64,000 nt of DNA from an uncultured Acidobacteriaceae bacterium (GTDB lineage: Bacteria; Acidobacteriota; Terriglobia; Terriglobales; Acidobacteriaceae). The position numbers were made by a program, and so were the translations under genes. Numbering within the stretch: position 1 is the stretch's first letter; each line of letters begins with the position of its first letter. This document shows, piece by piece, positions 18,958 through 29,821 of this stretch. The stretch covers positions 43,381-107,380 of the forward strand of contig CAVYVM010000003.1 of the NCBI GenBank assembly GCA_963771965.1, in the 5' to 3' direction. Under the pieces are notes generated by a model, which saw only the letters and a list, made by a program, of their open reading frames with translations, was not told where the DNA came from and did not search any database.

Positions 18958-21900
18958 TCAGCGAGCGTCAGTATTCTTCGCTTCGGCAGCTTTGCCCGCA
19001 GGTGGAACCCCAACGGGGGAAAGACTGCGTTCCGCGGTCAGCTTCTGAAAGGCCGCTAGGTCGCGTCTTTGCAGTTCGTCCCACTGACTGAGCAGTTCCC
19101 CGCCCTGCCGCTTCAGCTTCTCGAATTGAAGTTGCTCCGCCTCCGTGGGAGCTGAGTCCGCGCTGCCGACGTCCATGGAAAGATATGCCAACTTCGTATC
19201 AAACTGCGGAGGATAGGCGAGCGAGTCTTCGTTCGCGCTGATCGTCAGATTCACCATCCGATCGCGCACTGTCTCTAGCTTCTTCTCAAGATCGTCGGCC
19301 GACGAAGCAATGCCCTTCGTGCTGGCGTTCTCGGGCAATCGCCGTTTCAGGCCGGCAATCTGCGAACGGACATCTTGAATTTGGTTCACTGCGTCATAAA
19401 CACCGTTGAGCTCTTCATGAAGCCCCATCAGCAAAGTGAATTGCTGCTCGAGATCCGCCCGGCTCACATGCACCCGCGGATCGAGCTTCACTTCCAACGG
19501 CGCTTCCTGGCTATCTCCGCCAACCGTCAGGCGTACCCGATAGCGGCCCGGCACAGCCACCGGTCCCTTCGCCCCCGCGATGTACTCCCACAAGTAGTAT
19601 CCGGGAACACGATGGGCTTCTTCATAACGCAGGTCCCATACGAATCGATTGAGCCCGGCTTCTGGCTTGATCTCTTTCTCTGGTTTCTTGTCGTCGGGAT
19701 CGAGCGGCTCGTCGGGCAATTGCATAGCGGCGCTCGAATAGGTACGAACCACCTTTCCCGAGTCGTCAAGGATTTCCAACTTCGTTTCTGTGCCAGCCTT
19801 GGGCGCATCTTTCAAGTAGTAGTAAATGATCGCGCCTACCGGCGGATTTTGCCCCGTCCGCTTGGAAGCGTGTAGTTCTCCTGCCGCTCCCGCTTGAATG
19901 CGGAAGGCGGGGGCGGGCGCATACAGATGGACATCTTTCTTCGTGATGTCATCGCTGAACTGCCGCAGCGGGCTGATGTCATCCAGTATCCAGAAGGATC
20001 TGCCGTGCGTCGCCACCACGAGATCGTTGTCCTTCACTGCCAGATCGTGCACCGGCGTCGTCGGCAGATTCAGTTTTATGGACCGCCAGTCCGTGCCGTC
20101 GTTGAAGGAAACGAAAACGCCATTCTCGGTTCCCGCATAAAGCAAGCCACGCTTTTTCGGATCTTCGCGGACCGCACGAACGAACGAACCATCGGGAATC
20201 CTGTTGGTCAGTTTCGTCCACGTCTGGCCGTAGTCGCTCGTTTTGTAGATGTAAGGGCGCAGGTCGTCGTTCTGATGTCGGTCCACCGCAACGTACGCCG
20301 TTCCCGCATCGTGCGGCGACGCGTCGATCAAGCTGACGCGGCTCCACTCCGGCAAGTCCTTCGGCGTGACGTTGGCCCAGTTCTTTCCTGCGTCGCGCGT
20401 GATTTGGACGAGACCGTCATCCGTGCCCACCCAGATCAAGCCCTTTGTGATGGGCGACTCTGCGACTGCAAAAATTGTGTCGTAATATTCCGTGCCGGTG
20501 TCATCAAGCGTGATATCGCCACCCGAAGGCTGCTGCTTGCTTTTGTCATTCCTCGTAAGGTCGGGGCTGATCGTCACCCAGTGAACACCACCGTCGATAG
20601 TTTTGAATAACCGTTCGCCACCGTGGTACAGCGTGTCGGGATCGTGCGGCGAAATCACCACCGGCGCCGTCCACTGAAAGCGATGCTCGAGTTTTGCAGC
20701 GCCGCCTCCATCGGAAAGCTCAGGCTGCTCGGTGATGGCTTTCACCTGCCCGATGCGCTTATCGAAGCGCGTAATGTTTCCCTGATAGTCGGCGGCATAC
20801 ACGATGTTCGGGTCAGGAGGATACGGTGCGATGTAGCCCGCTTCGCCTCCACCCACGTCATACCAGTCGGAGCGGTCGATGGCCCCTCCGTCGCTGCGGC
20901 TCGCTATGCCAACCGTGGTGTTGTCCTGCTGCGCACCATAAACCCGGTAAGGCACCGCATTATCGGTAATGACGTGGTAGAACTGCGCCGTCGGTTGATT
21001 ATCCTGGCGTGTCCAATTCTTGCCGCCATCCAAACTCACGGTTACGCCGCCGTCGTTCGACGCGATCATGCGTTTCGTATCCATTGGGTCTATCCACAAG
21101 CCGTGGTTGTCGCCATGCGGAACCTTAACCTTATTAAACAGGTGACCGCCATCCGTGGATTTGAACGTTTCCACATCCATGACATAGACCACATTCTCAT
21201 CTCTCGGATCGGCGATGATGTGCATGTAATACCAGGGCCGCTGCCACAAGCTATGACTGGGATTCACGAAATCCCAGTTTTCGCCCCCATCGTCGGACCG
21301 GTACAAACCGCCATCGGGATTGCGCGCCTCAATCAGCGCGTAAACTCGGTCGGAGTTGGCCGCCACCGCTACGCCAATGCGTCCATAAGGCCCCTTGGGC
21401 AGACCATGCTCTTCCAGCCGCTTCCAGGTTGTGCCTCCATCGCCCGAGCGGTACAGTCCGCTTCCCGGACCACCGTCAGAAAGATTCCACGACGAGCGCC
21501 GCGCCTGCCACAACGCTGCAAACAAAACATTCGGATTGCGCGGATCGAACACGACATCGATGCCGCCTGTGTTCTCATCTTTATATAAAACTTTTTCCCA
21601 ATTCTTGCCGCCGTCGGTCGTGCGGAAAATACCTCGCTCGGTGTTCGGCCCATAAGGATGTCCAAGAGCCGCCACAAAAACAATGTCTGGATTTGTCGGG
21701 TTGATAATCACCTTGCCGATCGCGCGGCTGTCATGCAGGCCAACATTCTTCCAGCTCTTCCCACCGTCGAGAGATTTGTAAACTCCATCTCCATGAGAAA
21801 TATTGCCGCGAATGCAAGCTTCGCCCGTACCAACGTAGATAGTGTTGTGATCGGAGTTCGCGACCGCTAGGCTGCCAATATCTCCGCTTCCCTCGCGATC

Positions 21901-22305
21901 GAAGACGGAAGACCAAGTCATAGCCCCGTCGGTTGACTTCCACACACCGCCGCCAGTCGCGCCGAAATAATAAGTGGTGGGATCGCCCGGAATTCCCGCC
22001 GCAGTCAGCGATCGTCCGCCGCGGAACGGCCCGATCAGGCGGTATTTCATACCTTTGAACAATTTATCTTCCGGCTTGTTGGACTCGGCTTCAGGCGTAG
22101 CATTCTGGTCAGAGGTCGCCGATTTTGATGAGGCCGCCGATTGCGTCGGCTTAACGGCCTTCGACTCGCGCTCAGGCTTGGTTTGCGCTGAAGCCGCATT
22201 CGTCAGTAAAGCGACAAACGCACAAAGAAGTAATGCCAAGTTCCCGTTCACAAATATTCTTTTTGATGCGCCGCCGCAAAGCGTGTTTCGACCAGACATA
22301 TTCAA
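18958..22305 (-). CDS. secreted BNR/Asp-box, sortilin/VPS10-like repeat protein
   Basis: 1115 aa with a signal peptide and many S.DGG.tW Asp-box repeats (KSTDGAMTW, KSLDGGKSW, RTTDGGKNW, and others). Confidence 0.8.
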   Translation of the reverse strand: MNMSGRNTLCGGASKRIFVNGNLALLLCAFVALLTNAASAQTKPERESKAVKPTQSAASSKSATSDQNATPEAESNKPEDKLFKGMKYRLIGPFRGGRSLTAAGIPGDPTTYYFGATGGGVWKSTDGAMTWSSVFDREGSGDIGSLAVANSDHNTIYVGTGEACIRGNISHGDGVYKSLDGGKSWKNVGLHDSRAIGKVIINPTNPDIVFVAALGHPYGPNTERGIFRTTDGGKNWEKVLYKDENTGGIDVVFDPRNPNVLFAALWQARRSSWNLSDGGPGSGLYRSGDGGTTWKRLEEHGLPKGPYGRIGVAVAANSDRVYALIEARNPDGGLYRSDDGGENWDFVNPSHSLWQRPWYYMHIIADPRDENVVYVMDVETFKSTDGGHLFNKVKVPHGDNHGLWIDPMDTKRMIASNDGGVTVSLDGGKNWTRQDNQPTAQFYHVITDNAVPYRVYGAQQDNTTVGIASRSDGGAIDRSDWYDVGGGEAGYIAPYPPDPNIVYAADYQGNITRFDKRIGQVKAITEQPELSDGGGAAKLEHRFQWTAPVVISPHDPDTLYHGGERLFKTIDGGVHWVTISPDLTRNDKSKQQPSGGDITLDDTGTEYYDTIFAVAESPITKGLIWVGTDDGLVQITRDAGKNWANVTPKDLPEWSRVSLIDASPHDAGTAYVAVDRHQNDDLRPYIYKTSDYGQTWTKLTNRIPDGSFVRAVREDPKKRGLLYAGTENGVFVSFNDGTDWRSIKLNLPTTPVHDLAVKDNDLVVATHGRSFWILDDISPLRQFSDDITKKDVHLYAPAPAFRIQAGAAGELHASKRTGQNPPVGAIIYYYLKDAPKAGTETKLEILDDSGKVVRTYSSAAMQLPDEPLDPDDKKPEKEIKPEAGLNRFVWDLRYEEAHRVPGYYLWEYIAGAKGPVAVPGRYRVRLTVGGDSQEAPLEVKLDPRVHVSRADLEQQFTLLMGLHEELNGVYDAVNQIQDVRSQIAGLKRRLPENASTKGIASSADDLEKKLETVRDRMVNLTISANEDSLAYPPQFDTKLAYLSMDVGSADSAPTEAEQLQFEKLKRQGGELLSQWDELQRRDLAAFQKLTAERSLSPVGVPPAGKAAEAKNTDAR

Positions 22306-22407
22306 GCCCCTTAGATTAGAGAAGTGGAAAAGAGGAAAAGTAGATTACTGCCATGTTAATCCTGCGTCAGCCGGACGCAAAGCACCCGTCGGCCTGTTCA
22401 GCAAAGT

Positions 22408-23292
22408 TCATTTCTTGCCCAGCATCTTGTGAGCCTCTTGCAGCTCTTTGCGCTTCGCGGCGTCGACTTTCGGATACGCAATCCCAAGTTCTTCCAGTGT
22501 TTCTACAATTGCCGCTGCCACCACGAGATGCGTGAACCATTTATTGTCCGCCGGAACCACGTACCAGGGCGCATACTTCGTCGCCGTAAATCGGATCACA
22601 TCTTCATAAGCCTTCTGATATTCATCCCAATAATCGCGTTCGTGAATGTCGGCCGCGGAGAATTTCCAGTTTTTCTCCGGCTCATCCAGTCGCGCCATGA
22701 ATCGCCTTTTCTGCTCTTTCTTTGATAGATGCAGAAAGAACTTACGAATCACCGTCCCACTGCGCGCCATGTGCCGTTCAAAGCCGTGAATGTCTTCGAA
22801 GCGCTCTTCCCAAATGTCTTTCTTCACCAATGACGGTGGCAGCTTCTCATTTTCCAGCACTTTAGGGTGCACCCGCACCACCAGCACTTCCTCATAATAA
22901 GACCGGTTAAAGATACCAATGTGCCCGCGCTCGGGAAGGTTTCGCGTCGTCCGCCACAAGAAATTGTGCTGTAGCTCCGTTTCCGACGGCGTCTTGAACG
23001 AATACACCTCGCAGCCTTCTGGATTCACTCCCGACATGACGTGCTTGATGGTGCCATCTTTTCCCGCGGCATCCATCGCCTGAAAAATCAGCAGGAGAGC
23101 CCACCAATCCTGGGCGTACAGTTTGGCTTGCAAATCCTCCAAGCGGGCCACATCTTTCATCAACTGCTCGTCGGCTTGTTCTTTGGAGTGCAGGTGTGCG
23201 GTGTCGGCAGGATCGAAGTCCTTAAGACGGAAATGCTTGCCGTCATCGATGCGATAGGCGCTGGCCAGTTTGGCAGTCTTCATCGCCATCAA
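22408..23292 (-). CDS. ppk2: polyphosphate kinase 2 family protein
   Basis: FQAMDAAGKDGTIKHV Walker-A-like motif and RSYYEEVLVVRVH, typical of PPK2. Confidence 0.85.
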   Translation of the reverse strand: MMAMKTAKLASAYRIDDGKHFRLKDFDPADTAHLHSKEQADEQLMKDVARLEDLQAKLYAQDWWALLLIFQAMDAAGKDGTIKHVMSGVNPEGCEVYSFKTPSETELQHNFLWRTTRNLPERGHIGIFNRSYYEEVLVVRVHPKVLENEKLPPSLVKKDIWEERFEDIHGFERHMARSGTVIRKFFLHLSKKEQKRRFMARLDEPEKNWKFSAADIHERDYWDEYQKAYEDVIRFTATKYAPWYVVPADNKWFTHLVVAAAIVETLEELGIAYPKVDAAKRKELQEAHKMLGKK

Positions 23293-23612
23293 GTTTACAC
23301 CGCCGGGGATGAGGCCAGGTTTTCGCAGAGACCCGAACAGGTTGTAGGGACGGAGCCTTCAAGCGACCGTTCATTTTGCTGAGGCGTAACTGAAAACGGA
23401 ATGTTCTCGCCGCCGTCCACGGCTCTCCCAGATGGGGCACCAAAATGAACACTAGCAAGTTCGAAGGCCCCGGATAAGCATCAAAGAGCAGGGTTCTTGC
23501 AAAGTAAATCGTTATCGAAAGAAAAGTTTGAAGTTTCCAATAAAACTGGTGCTATGATTGTTTCCCCCGCTCCCAGTCTTCCCCCATTGATGCCTCAAGT
23601 CCTGACCGGAGG

Positions 23613-24665
23613 ATGAGAATGAAGTCGCCCCTGCTTGCGTTTCTTGCAATGATTTGCAGTGTCTTGCCGATCCCTTCCGTAGCTTCCACAATCGCCGTCG
23701 GGAACTGCGACCCGCAACACACCAGCTATGCCACTATTTCCGATGCTGTCGCAGCCGCACCCTCCGGTGCCACCGTGCTCGTGTGCCCGGGAACATACGC
23801 CGAGCAAGTCACGATTACCACTCCCCTGACTCTCAGGGCCATACTTCCGAGTTCTCCGCCGGTCATCAGACCGCCGAGCGGCGGCCTTACCGGGGCGCAG
23901 ATTAATGTCAACGGTGAATTTGATTCTTCACCGCTGGTAGTCAATCTTGGCAGCCTGGTGGTGGATGGACTTGGCTCTTCCGCTACTGCTGGGGTTTCTT
24001 ACAACTCCGCGTCGGGTCAGATCAACCATCTCGAAGTGCGCAATCAAACGACCGGAATATTTCTCGTAGGGGCGATCGACGGAGGGATTGACACGGTAAA
24101 CATCTCTAACAGTTACGTTCATAATTTTTCAGACGAAGGCATAGCCGCTCATGGATTAGATGTCGAGTTCGTTGTGAACATCACCCGTAGTTTCGTCGCA
24201 TCCACGGGCGCCAGTGTGCAAAACGGGATTAGCTACAACATTACGAACGGAACGATTCGGCAAACTGCCATCATTCTGAATGCTGGCGTCGGCCTGCTGC
24301 TCGATAATTTGTTTGACCCGATCACGGCCGAGGGGAATTCCATTGCGGGTGCTACGGTGGGAATAGAATCTGGGGCCGACATGACCGCCGCCGCCAACGT
24401 TATTGAGAACAACGTGCTCTACAACAACGCCACCGGCATCTCGATTTCCGGGCAAGGCGGGGGCGACACCATAACTTCGAACACCATCATGCAGAGCAGC
24501 GTTCAAGCCATCACGCTGAATTGTTCGGCCACAAGCATCGCGCAATATAACAAGATCGATGGAACCCCGATCGGCATTGCCAATATTCAAGCGGGAGACG
24601 TCACATCTCCCAACACATTTACGAATGTCGGAACAGACACCACCGAATGCCCGTCCGGTCAGTAA
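23613..24665 (+). CDS. secreted right-handed parallel beta-helix repeat protein
   Basis: Signal peptide, followed by periodic N..N/G..I.. repeats (NNVLYNNATGISISG, and others). Confidence 0.65.
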   Translation: MRMKSPLLAFLAMICSVLPIPSVASTIAVGNCDPQHTSYATISDAVAAAPSGATVLVCPGTYAEQVTITTPLTLRAILPSSPPVIRPPSGGLTGAQINVNGEFDSSPLVVNLGSLVVDGLGSSATAGVSYNSASGQINHLEVRNQTTGIFLVGAIDGGIDTVNISNSYVHNFSDEGIAAHGLDVEFVVNITRSFVASTGASVQNGISYNITNGTIRQTAIILNAGVGLLLDNLFDPITAEGNSIAGATVGIESGADMTAAANVIENNVLYNNATGISISGQGGGDTITSNTIMQSSVQAITLNCSATSIAQYNKIDGTPIGIANIQAGDVTSPNTFTNVGTDTTECPSGQ

Positions 24666-24748
24666 AGAACCACCAAGTAAAGATTGGCACAGCTATTCGG
24701 AGTTAATCGGCATTCGGGGTCGAAGCAGCCGTGGTTTACATTGGATAG

Positions 24749-25699
24749 TCACCATGGTGGCTGCCGATCCGGCGCAACGAATTCCCTGCGGGATCGCCTG
24801 TCGCCCTTCACATCGAAGCTGTAGTACCACCGATAATAGTCGCGCTCCGATCCGAAAGCCTTCACAGCACCGCGAACAGCTTCTAGACGAGACGAGAATT
24901 GTCCGGCGCGCACGAAGCCGCTTACAAGATTCGTCCAGAAACGTGTGAGAGTTTCATGATAGCCGCTATCTTCCGTATCGCGAATGCCAACACTGCGGTT
25001 GTAATTAAGGAGGCCGGCCTTCATCCTTTGATAAGATCTCTCTGAATCACACTCACAATCGAACGCATAGCAGGCAATGATCGTAATATGCGCAACGTGG
25101 TTCCAGCGGCTTCGAGGTAAAACTCCTCTTTCCCAATCACACACGAATTGCTCCAGACTTGCACTGTTGACAAGATGCGGAGAATCCAAGTTCAGTTTGT
25201 AAAATCCTCCTCGCCACCGGACCAGAGGTTCTCCGCCGTGCAGTCCGAGTTCTTCTATTTCTGCAGTCAGCATTTGGTGTTGCCCCAGATCGATCCAGCC
25301 CCTGTTCACACGGCCAAAGAGAACTGCTAGAGCTTTCTCGATCACAGGCAGGCCGGAATCGCTACGAGTCCATGGTAGAGATAGGTCTTGACCCACATCT
25401 GTCTCAGAGGTGTTCTTCGCCACTACAACCTGGTCCTCACGCAGCACGCTTAATGAAAAATTGTTGATCCTGGAAAGAACGCCTGTCACAGCAGCCGTGC
25501 GCTTTACGAACAGTGCAACCACTGGCGGATCATCAGAGACGGGCACAAAACCACTCAACAAAAGGGCGCATGGCTTGCCCTCGTCATTTAAAGCCCCTAG
25601 CACCGCCGTACCGGTCGGGTAATAAGAACAAGCCCGCCGTAAAAGATCCGCGAACAGCTTACTGTCTTCGTTGCGAAGGACGATCGGCGCAGAAACCAT
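24749..25699 (-). CDS. flavin reductase-like domain protein with unrecognised C-terminal domain
   Basis: The N-terminal ~160 aa resemble the FMN-binding split-barrel flavin reductase family. The C-terminal ~150 aa could not be assigned. Confidence 0.5.
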   Translation of the reverse strand: MVSAPIVLRNEDSKLFADLLRRACSYYPTGTAVLGALNDEGKPCALLLSGFVPVSDDPPVVALFVKRTAAVTGVLSRINNFSLSVLREDQVVVAKNTSETDVGQDLSLPWTRSDSGLPVIEKALAVLFGRVNRGWIDLGQHQMLTAEIEELGLHGGEPLVRWRGGFYKLNLDSPHLVNSASLEQFVCDWERGVLPRSRWNHVAHITIIACYAFDCECDSERSYQRMKAGLLNYNRSVGIRDTEDSGYHETLTRFWTNLVSGFVRAGQFSSRLEAVRGAVKAFGSERDYYRWYYSFDVKGDRRSRREFVAPDRQPPW

Positions 25700-25811
25700 A
25701 GGATGTGTATTTTCTCTTTGTTGGCGGCGCAGCAGGAATCGAAAACTCGCTAAAAGAACGATGTCGAGTTTTTATGTTGACAGCAGCTCTCCACAGCTTA
25801 CGCATTACAAC

Positions 25812-28268
25812 TCACTCATAACGTAATGCTTCCATCGGATTCACAGTCGCCGCCCGGAGCGCAGGCACAAAACTTGCGAGCACGCTGATCAGCAGAAAGA
25901 ATCCCGCGATTCCGACAAATACCGCCGGATCGGTCGGACTTACATCATATAAGAAACTCGATAAGACACGTGTAAGTGCACGGGCGCCGATCAATCCCAG
26001 AATTGTGCCAGCTAAGGTAAGCAAAAATCCCTGACTGATCACCAAAAGCAAAACATGACTCGTCTGCGCCCCGAAAGCTCTGCGTATCCCGATTTCGCGC
26101 GTACGCTGGCTGGCAAAATAGGAAACGATCCCGTAAATTCCCAGAACTGCTAAGAGCAAGGCGATTCCGGAAAAAATGCCGAGCAGCAGCGCCGTAAACC
26201 TTGATCCAGAAACTGAGTCCGCGACTATTTCTTTCATGGTTTCGATATTTGCAACGGGTTGGTTCTTGTCCAGTGACCAGATTTGCTGCCGAACGGAAGC
26301 CGCGATCCTCATGGGATCGCCCGCGGTTCGAACCACAATGTGCATGACTCGCGCTATATTCTGGCTGTAGGCGAGATACAACTCTGGCTTGGCATCCGCA
26401 CCTAGCGCAGAACTCTTGACGTCGTCCGCTACCCCCACAATCTGCATCCATGGCGTAGGATCGTCGGGCCCTCCAATCTTGATTCGATGACCTTCCGGAT
26501 TCTGACCCGGCCAAAAGCGGTTGGCCATGGCCCGATTGACAATGGCGACCTGCACCGATTTCTCATCGTCATGTTCGGTAAAGTAACGCCCGCGCAGTAG
26601 TGGAATCTGCATCGTCTTAAAGTATTCAGGACTGATCAACTGCAGGTTCGCCAATGGTTGCTCATCGGAATAAGCAATTAAGGGCTGTCCATCGATGGTG
26701 AATTTTGAGGTCAGCTTTTGTCCGCTGAGCGGGGGCGTGGCCACAACGCTGACCGATTGAATTCCGGGTAGCGCGCGAATCGAATCCATGGCACGCTGAT
26801 AGAACCGGACTAGTTGTTCATCTTCACTGTATTGTGGTCCGGGGAGGAGGAACTCCATCGTCAATACGTTCTCGGGATTGAAGCCGGGGGCAACGGACTG
26901 AAGATGCAGGAAGGCTTTGATCATGAGCCCCGCGCCCACCAGCAGCGTTACGGCCAGTGACACCTCCAGCACAAGGAGAGCGTTACGCATGCGCGACGAC
27001 GACGGATTAGCGCTTTGCGACTTTTCTCTCAACGACTGATTAAATCCTGGAACAGAAAGAACTACGGCCGGCATCAGTCCTGAAAGTATTCCGCTTAACA
27101 ACGCACATAACGCTGTAAACCCAAGCACCCACCCATCGAGATGGGCCTTATCCAAATTTGCAAGATTGCCCGGCCTGGCAATCGAAATTAGCCGCACTCC
27201 CACCTCAGCAAGCAGCAAACCTAAAACGCCGCCGATTACACCCAGCAACACGCCTTCAGTAAGTAGCTGACGGAAAATTGTTGCTCTTCTTGCACCCAGA
27301 GCTGTTCGCACGGCCATTTCATGTTGGCGAACTACGGAGCGCGCCAGTTGTAAATTGGCAACATTGGCACACGCGATCAAAAGAACAAAACCGACTGCCC
27401 CCCACAGCACCAGAAGAAACGGCCGTAGTCTACCGATTAATTGCTCTTGCAAAGGGACCACGCGCACTCCAAGTCCGTAATCCGAATCGGGGTATTTCAT
27501 CTGAAGCTGGTGAGCAATACCGTCCATATCGCTTTGCGATTGTCGCAAAGTGACGGACGGCTTAAACTCCGCCAGCACTGCGAGATTCCGCGTCCCGTGG
27601 GTTCTTCTCTCCTTCGGATCCAGGCCCAGCGGCGCCCACAATTCCGTGCGTTTTGGAAACTGGAGATAAGAAGGCATTTCCGCCGCGCGAGGGAACTCAA
27701 ATCCTTTCGGCATGACGCCGATTACCGTGCGCTCTAGGCCATTCAGTGTTATCGACTTTCCCACAATACCAGGATCGGAACCGGTAAGACGCTGCCAGAG
27801 TTCATTCCCCAGAATGACCACGTAACTACCGCCGGGTTCATCTTCTTCAGCCGAAAAAGTTCGCCCTAATACGGGCTGGACTCCCAGCATCTGGAAAAAA
27901 GGAGCCGACACATTTGCCGCTTGAATCTCCTCGGGATAGCCCTGGCTCATCAGGTTATAGCGAACGTAACGGAACCCGGCCAATCGATCGAAACTCTGGT
28001 TCTGCTCCTGGAACTCCGTAAAGTCAGCGCCGAAAATTGGCAACTGGTCCACTCCCTGCTGCGCTTTCGGATTACTGCCCCAAACCATGGCAAGACGATG
28101 GGCGTTTGGATAGGGCAAGGGACGGAGCAAGACTGCGTCCACTTCACTAAAAATCGCCGTATTTGCTCCAATGCCTATCGCCAACGCTGCAATGGCAGCG
28201 ATGGCATATCCCGGGTTGCGAATCAGCACGCGTAGGGCGTAACGGACATCTCGGAGTAGGTCTGTCAT
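25812..28268 (-). CDS. ADOP/MacB-like duplicated FtsX-family ABC transporter permease
   Basis: N-terminus LLRDVRYALRVLIRNPGYA, two MacB-periplasmic-plus-FtsX modules, C-terminus RAATVNPMEALRYE. No adjacent ATPase. Confidence 0.85.
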   Translation of the reverse strand: MTDLLRDVRYALRVLIRNPGYAIAAIAALAIGIGANTAIFSEVDAVLLRPLPYPNAHRLAMVWGSNPKAQQGVDQLPIFGADFTEFQEQNQSFDRLAGFRYVRYNLMSQGYPEEIQAANVSAPFFQMLGVQPVLGRTFSAEEDEPGGSYVVILGNELWQRLTGSDPGIVGKSITLNGLERTVIGVMPKGFEFPRAAEMPSYLQFPKRTELWAPLGLDPKERRTHGTRNLAVLAEFKPSVTLRQSQSDMDGIAHQLQMKYPDSDYGLGVRVVPLQEQLIGRLRPFLLVLWGAVGFVLLIACANVANLQLARSVVRQHEMAVRTALGARRATIFRQLLTEGVLLGVIGGVLGLLLAEVGVRLISIARPGNLANLDKAHLDGWVLGFTALCALLSGILSGLMPAVVLSVPGFNQSLREKSQSANPSSSRMRNALLVLEVSLAVTLLVGAGLMIKAFLHLQSVAPGFNPENVLTMEFLLPGPQYSEDEQLVRFYQRAMDSIRALPGIQSVSVVATPPLSGQKLTSKFTIDGQPLIAYSDEQPLANLQLISPEYFKTMQIPLLRGRYFTEHDDEKSVQVAIVNRAMANRFWPGQNPEGHRIKIGGPDDPTPWMQIVGVADDVKSSALGADAKPELYLAYSQNIARVMHIVVRTAGDPMRIAASVRQQIWSLDKNQPVANIETMKEIVADSVSGSRFTALLLGIFSGIALLLAVLGIYGIVSYFASQRTREIGIRRAFGAQTSHVLLLVISQGFLLTLAGTILGLIGARALTRVLSSFLYDVSPTDPAVFVGIAGFFLLISVLASFVPALRAATVNPMEALRYE

Positions 28269-28543
28269 AAAGGCCTCCGGGCGGTGCGCTGTATCTTTAA
28301 AATGATATAACATACCCGCTCACTCGGGGCGACGCTTGCGGCGCGAAAGCTGCATTTTGCGAACGAGTCAGATTTCCCAAATGCCTTTCTTTCTAGATGG
28401 AACTCAACCAGCGAGTACCAGCCAGATACCATCCACTCCTAACAGTTCCTTAGTGCAAATAAGCGATTCTTGCCCGCTGAGCGATTCTCGAATAACATTA
28501 GGTATCCAGTGGTGGGCGGCCGCAAGGGAGGAGATGAACTCGT

Positions 28544-29821
28544 ATGTACCTAGCTATTATCGAACCTCATGAAGCGCTGTTCCGCTATTTCGAAGTTGCC
28601 AAGAGAAAAGGCTATCAAACTCTCGTTGTAACCTCAGATGTGGAATCGTCTAAAAAGGATGAGGAAAAGTACAACCTGTCGATCCGAGGGTCGCACGTTT
28701 GCCGCATGGACAAGTTTGTCATATGCGATGTCGGCGACCCCAAGAGCGTGTTGGACGCTTTGACGCCGCTTAAGAAACAGATTGCGGGAATCGTAGCTGG
28801 TCACGAGATATTTGTGCCCCTGGTCGCAGAGGTAGGAGCTGCTCTGGGTTTCGACTACGCTAAACGCGAAGACGCCACCTGCCAGCAGTTGAAGACCGCG
28901 ATGAAGCAACGGCTGATGGACCGAGGCGTGCGCACCGCCAGATTCACGGTATGCAGCGAACTGGATGAGGCTATGCGAGCATGGCATAACTTCGGCCAAG
29001 ACTGCATCGTAAAGATGGTGAATTTCGTCGGAAGCATGAATGTGTTTCGCGTCAGGAGCCAGGAAGATCTCACGACTGCATGGGACATCATTATCAATGA
29101 CAGGAGAGGTGTGAAGACGCCGTTTCCCCGCCTTCTCCAGGTCATTGTCGAAGAATATATTTCGGGGAGAGAGCTTAGCGCTGAGGGCTACGTACAGAAT
29201 GGCCGGGTAGTCGTTCTCAATTCCTGCGAGAAAATAACAGGACCGAACTTCGTTGTCGTGGGTCACCTGCTACCCTCGCAGCTCTCGCCCCAGGAAAAAG
29301 CGAAACTTGAGGAGATAGCTGCGCAGTGTGTGCTGGCACTAGGTGTACACAACACTGTCTTCCACGCCGAAGTGCATATTATGAATGGTGTGCCTTATGT
29401 GATTGAATGCGCGTCTCGTCCTCCAGGACTGCATGTAGCTGAACTTATTAGTCGTTCTTATAACATTGATTTAATGGAAATCAGCATAGATTTGGCGACG
29501 GGCAAGAAAGTAACTGTGTCTCCACGGGCTCCCCACCTTCACTACGCAATGATGGCCCTCTATGCGCAGCAAACAGGAACGCTGAAAAAGATTGAAGGAC
29601 TGGACGAACTGCAAGCTCGTGGCGGAGCGTTGCGAATCCATCTTGGCGTCAAGGAGGGAGATAAGGTGGATGCGTTATCGACCTTCCGCAACAAGTGCGG
29701 GTTTGCGATATTGGAGGACGCGACTCCCGAGGGTGTGCGGGAAAAGGCAGCCTGGTTGCAAGCGAACGTTCACTTCGAGGTCGATAGCACCATGACCGAG
29801 CCTGTTTCAGCCGTCTCTTAA
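28544..29821 (+). CDS. ATP-grasp domain ligase (L-amino-acid-ligase-like), copy 1
   Basis: Pre-ATP-grasp plus ATP-grasp architecture (CIVKMV, VEEYISGRELSAEG, FHAEVH..., YVIECASRPPG). Paralog of 48100..49425. Confidence 0.75.
   Translation: MYLAIIEPHEALFRYFEVAKRKGYQTLVVTSDVESSKKDEEKYNLSIRGSHVCRMDKFVICDVGDPKSVLDALTPLKKQIAGIVAGHEIFVPLVAEVGAALGFDYAKREDATCQQLKTAMKQRLMDRGVRTARFTVCSELDEAMRAWHNFGQDCIVKMVNFVGSMNVFRVRSQEDLTTAWDIIINDRRGVKTPFPRLLQVIVEEYISGRELSAEGYVQNGRVVVLNSCEKITGPNFVVVGHLLPSQLSPQEKAKLEEIAAQCVLALGVHNTVFHAEVHIMNGVPYVIECASRPPGLHVAELISRSYNIDLMEISIDLATGKKVTVSPRAPHLHYAMMALYAQQTGTLKKIEGLDELQARGGALRIHLGVKEGDKVDALSTFRNKCGFAILEDATPEGVREKAAWLQANVHFEVDSTMTEPVSAVS

Noticed and set aside
19894-21588. 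Long antisense ORFs in the track: 19894-20610 and 20623-21588 opposite the BNR protein, 11621-12433 opposite yebC, 55948-56823 opposite ribBA, 54631-55751 opposite the TPR gene, and 62521-63186 opposite nuoF.
   Set aside because: These are shadow ORFs of high-GC genes. They are Arg/Ala/His-rich with no motifs, and the opposite strand carries unambiguous family signatures.
28300-28543. A possible direct repeat of the tRNA-Leu 3' end (TGGTGGGCGGCC... at about 28510 versus TGGTGCCGGGAGG at 49471) as the distal att site of an island.
   Set aside because: Only about 8-10 scattered matching bases, which is not distinguishable from chance. No integrase gene is present.
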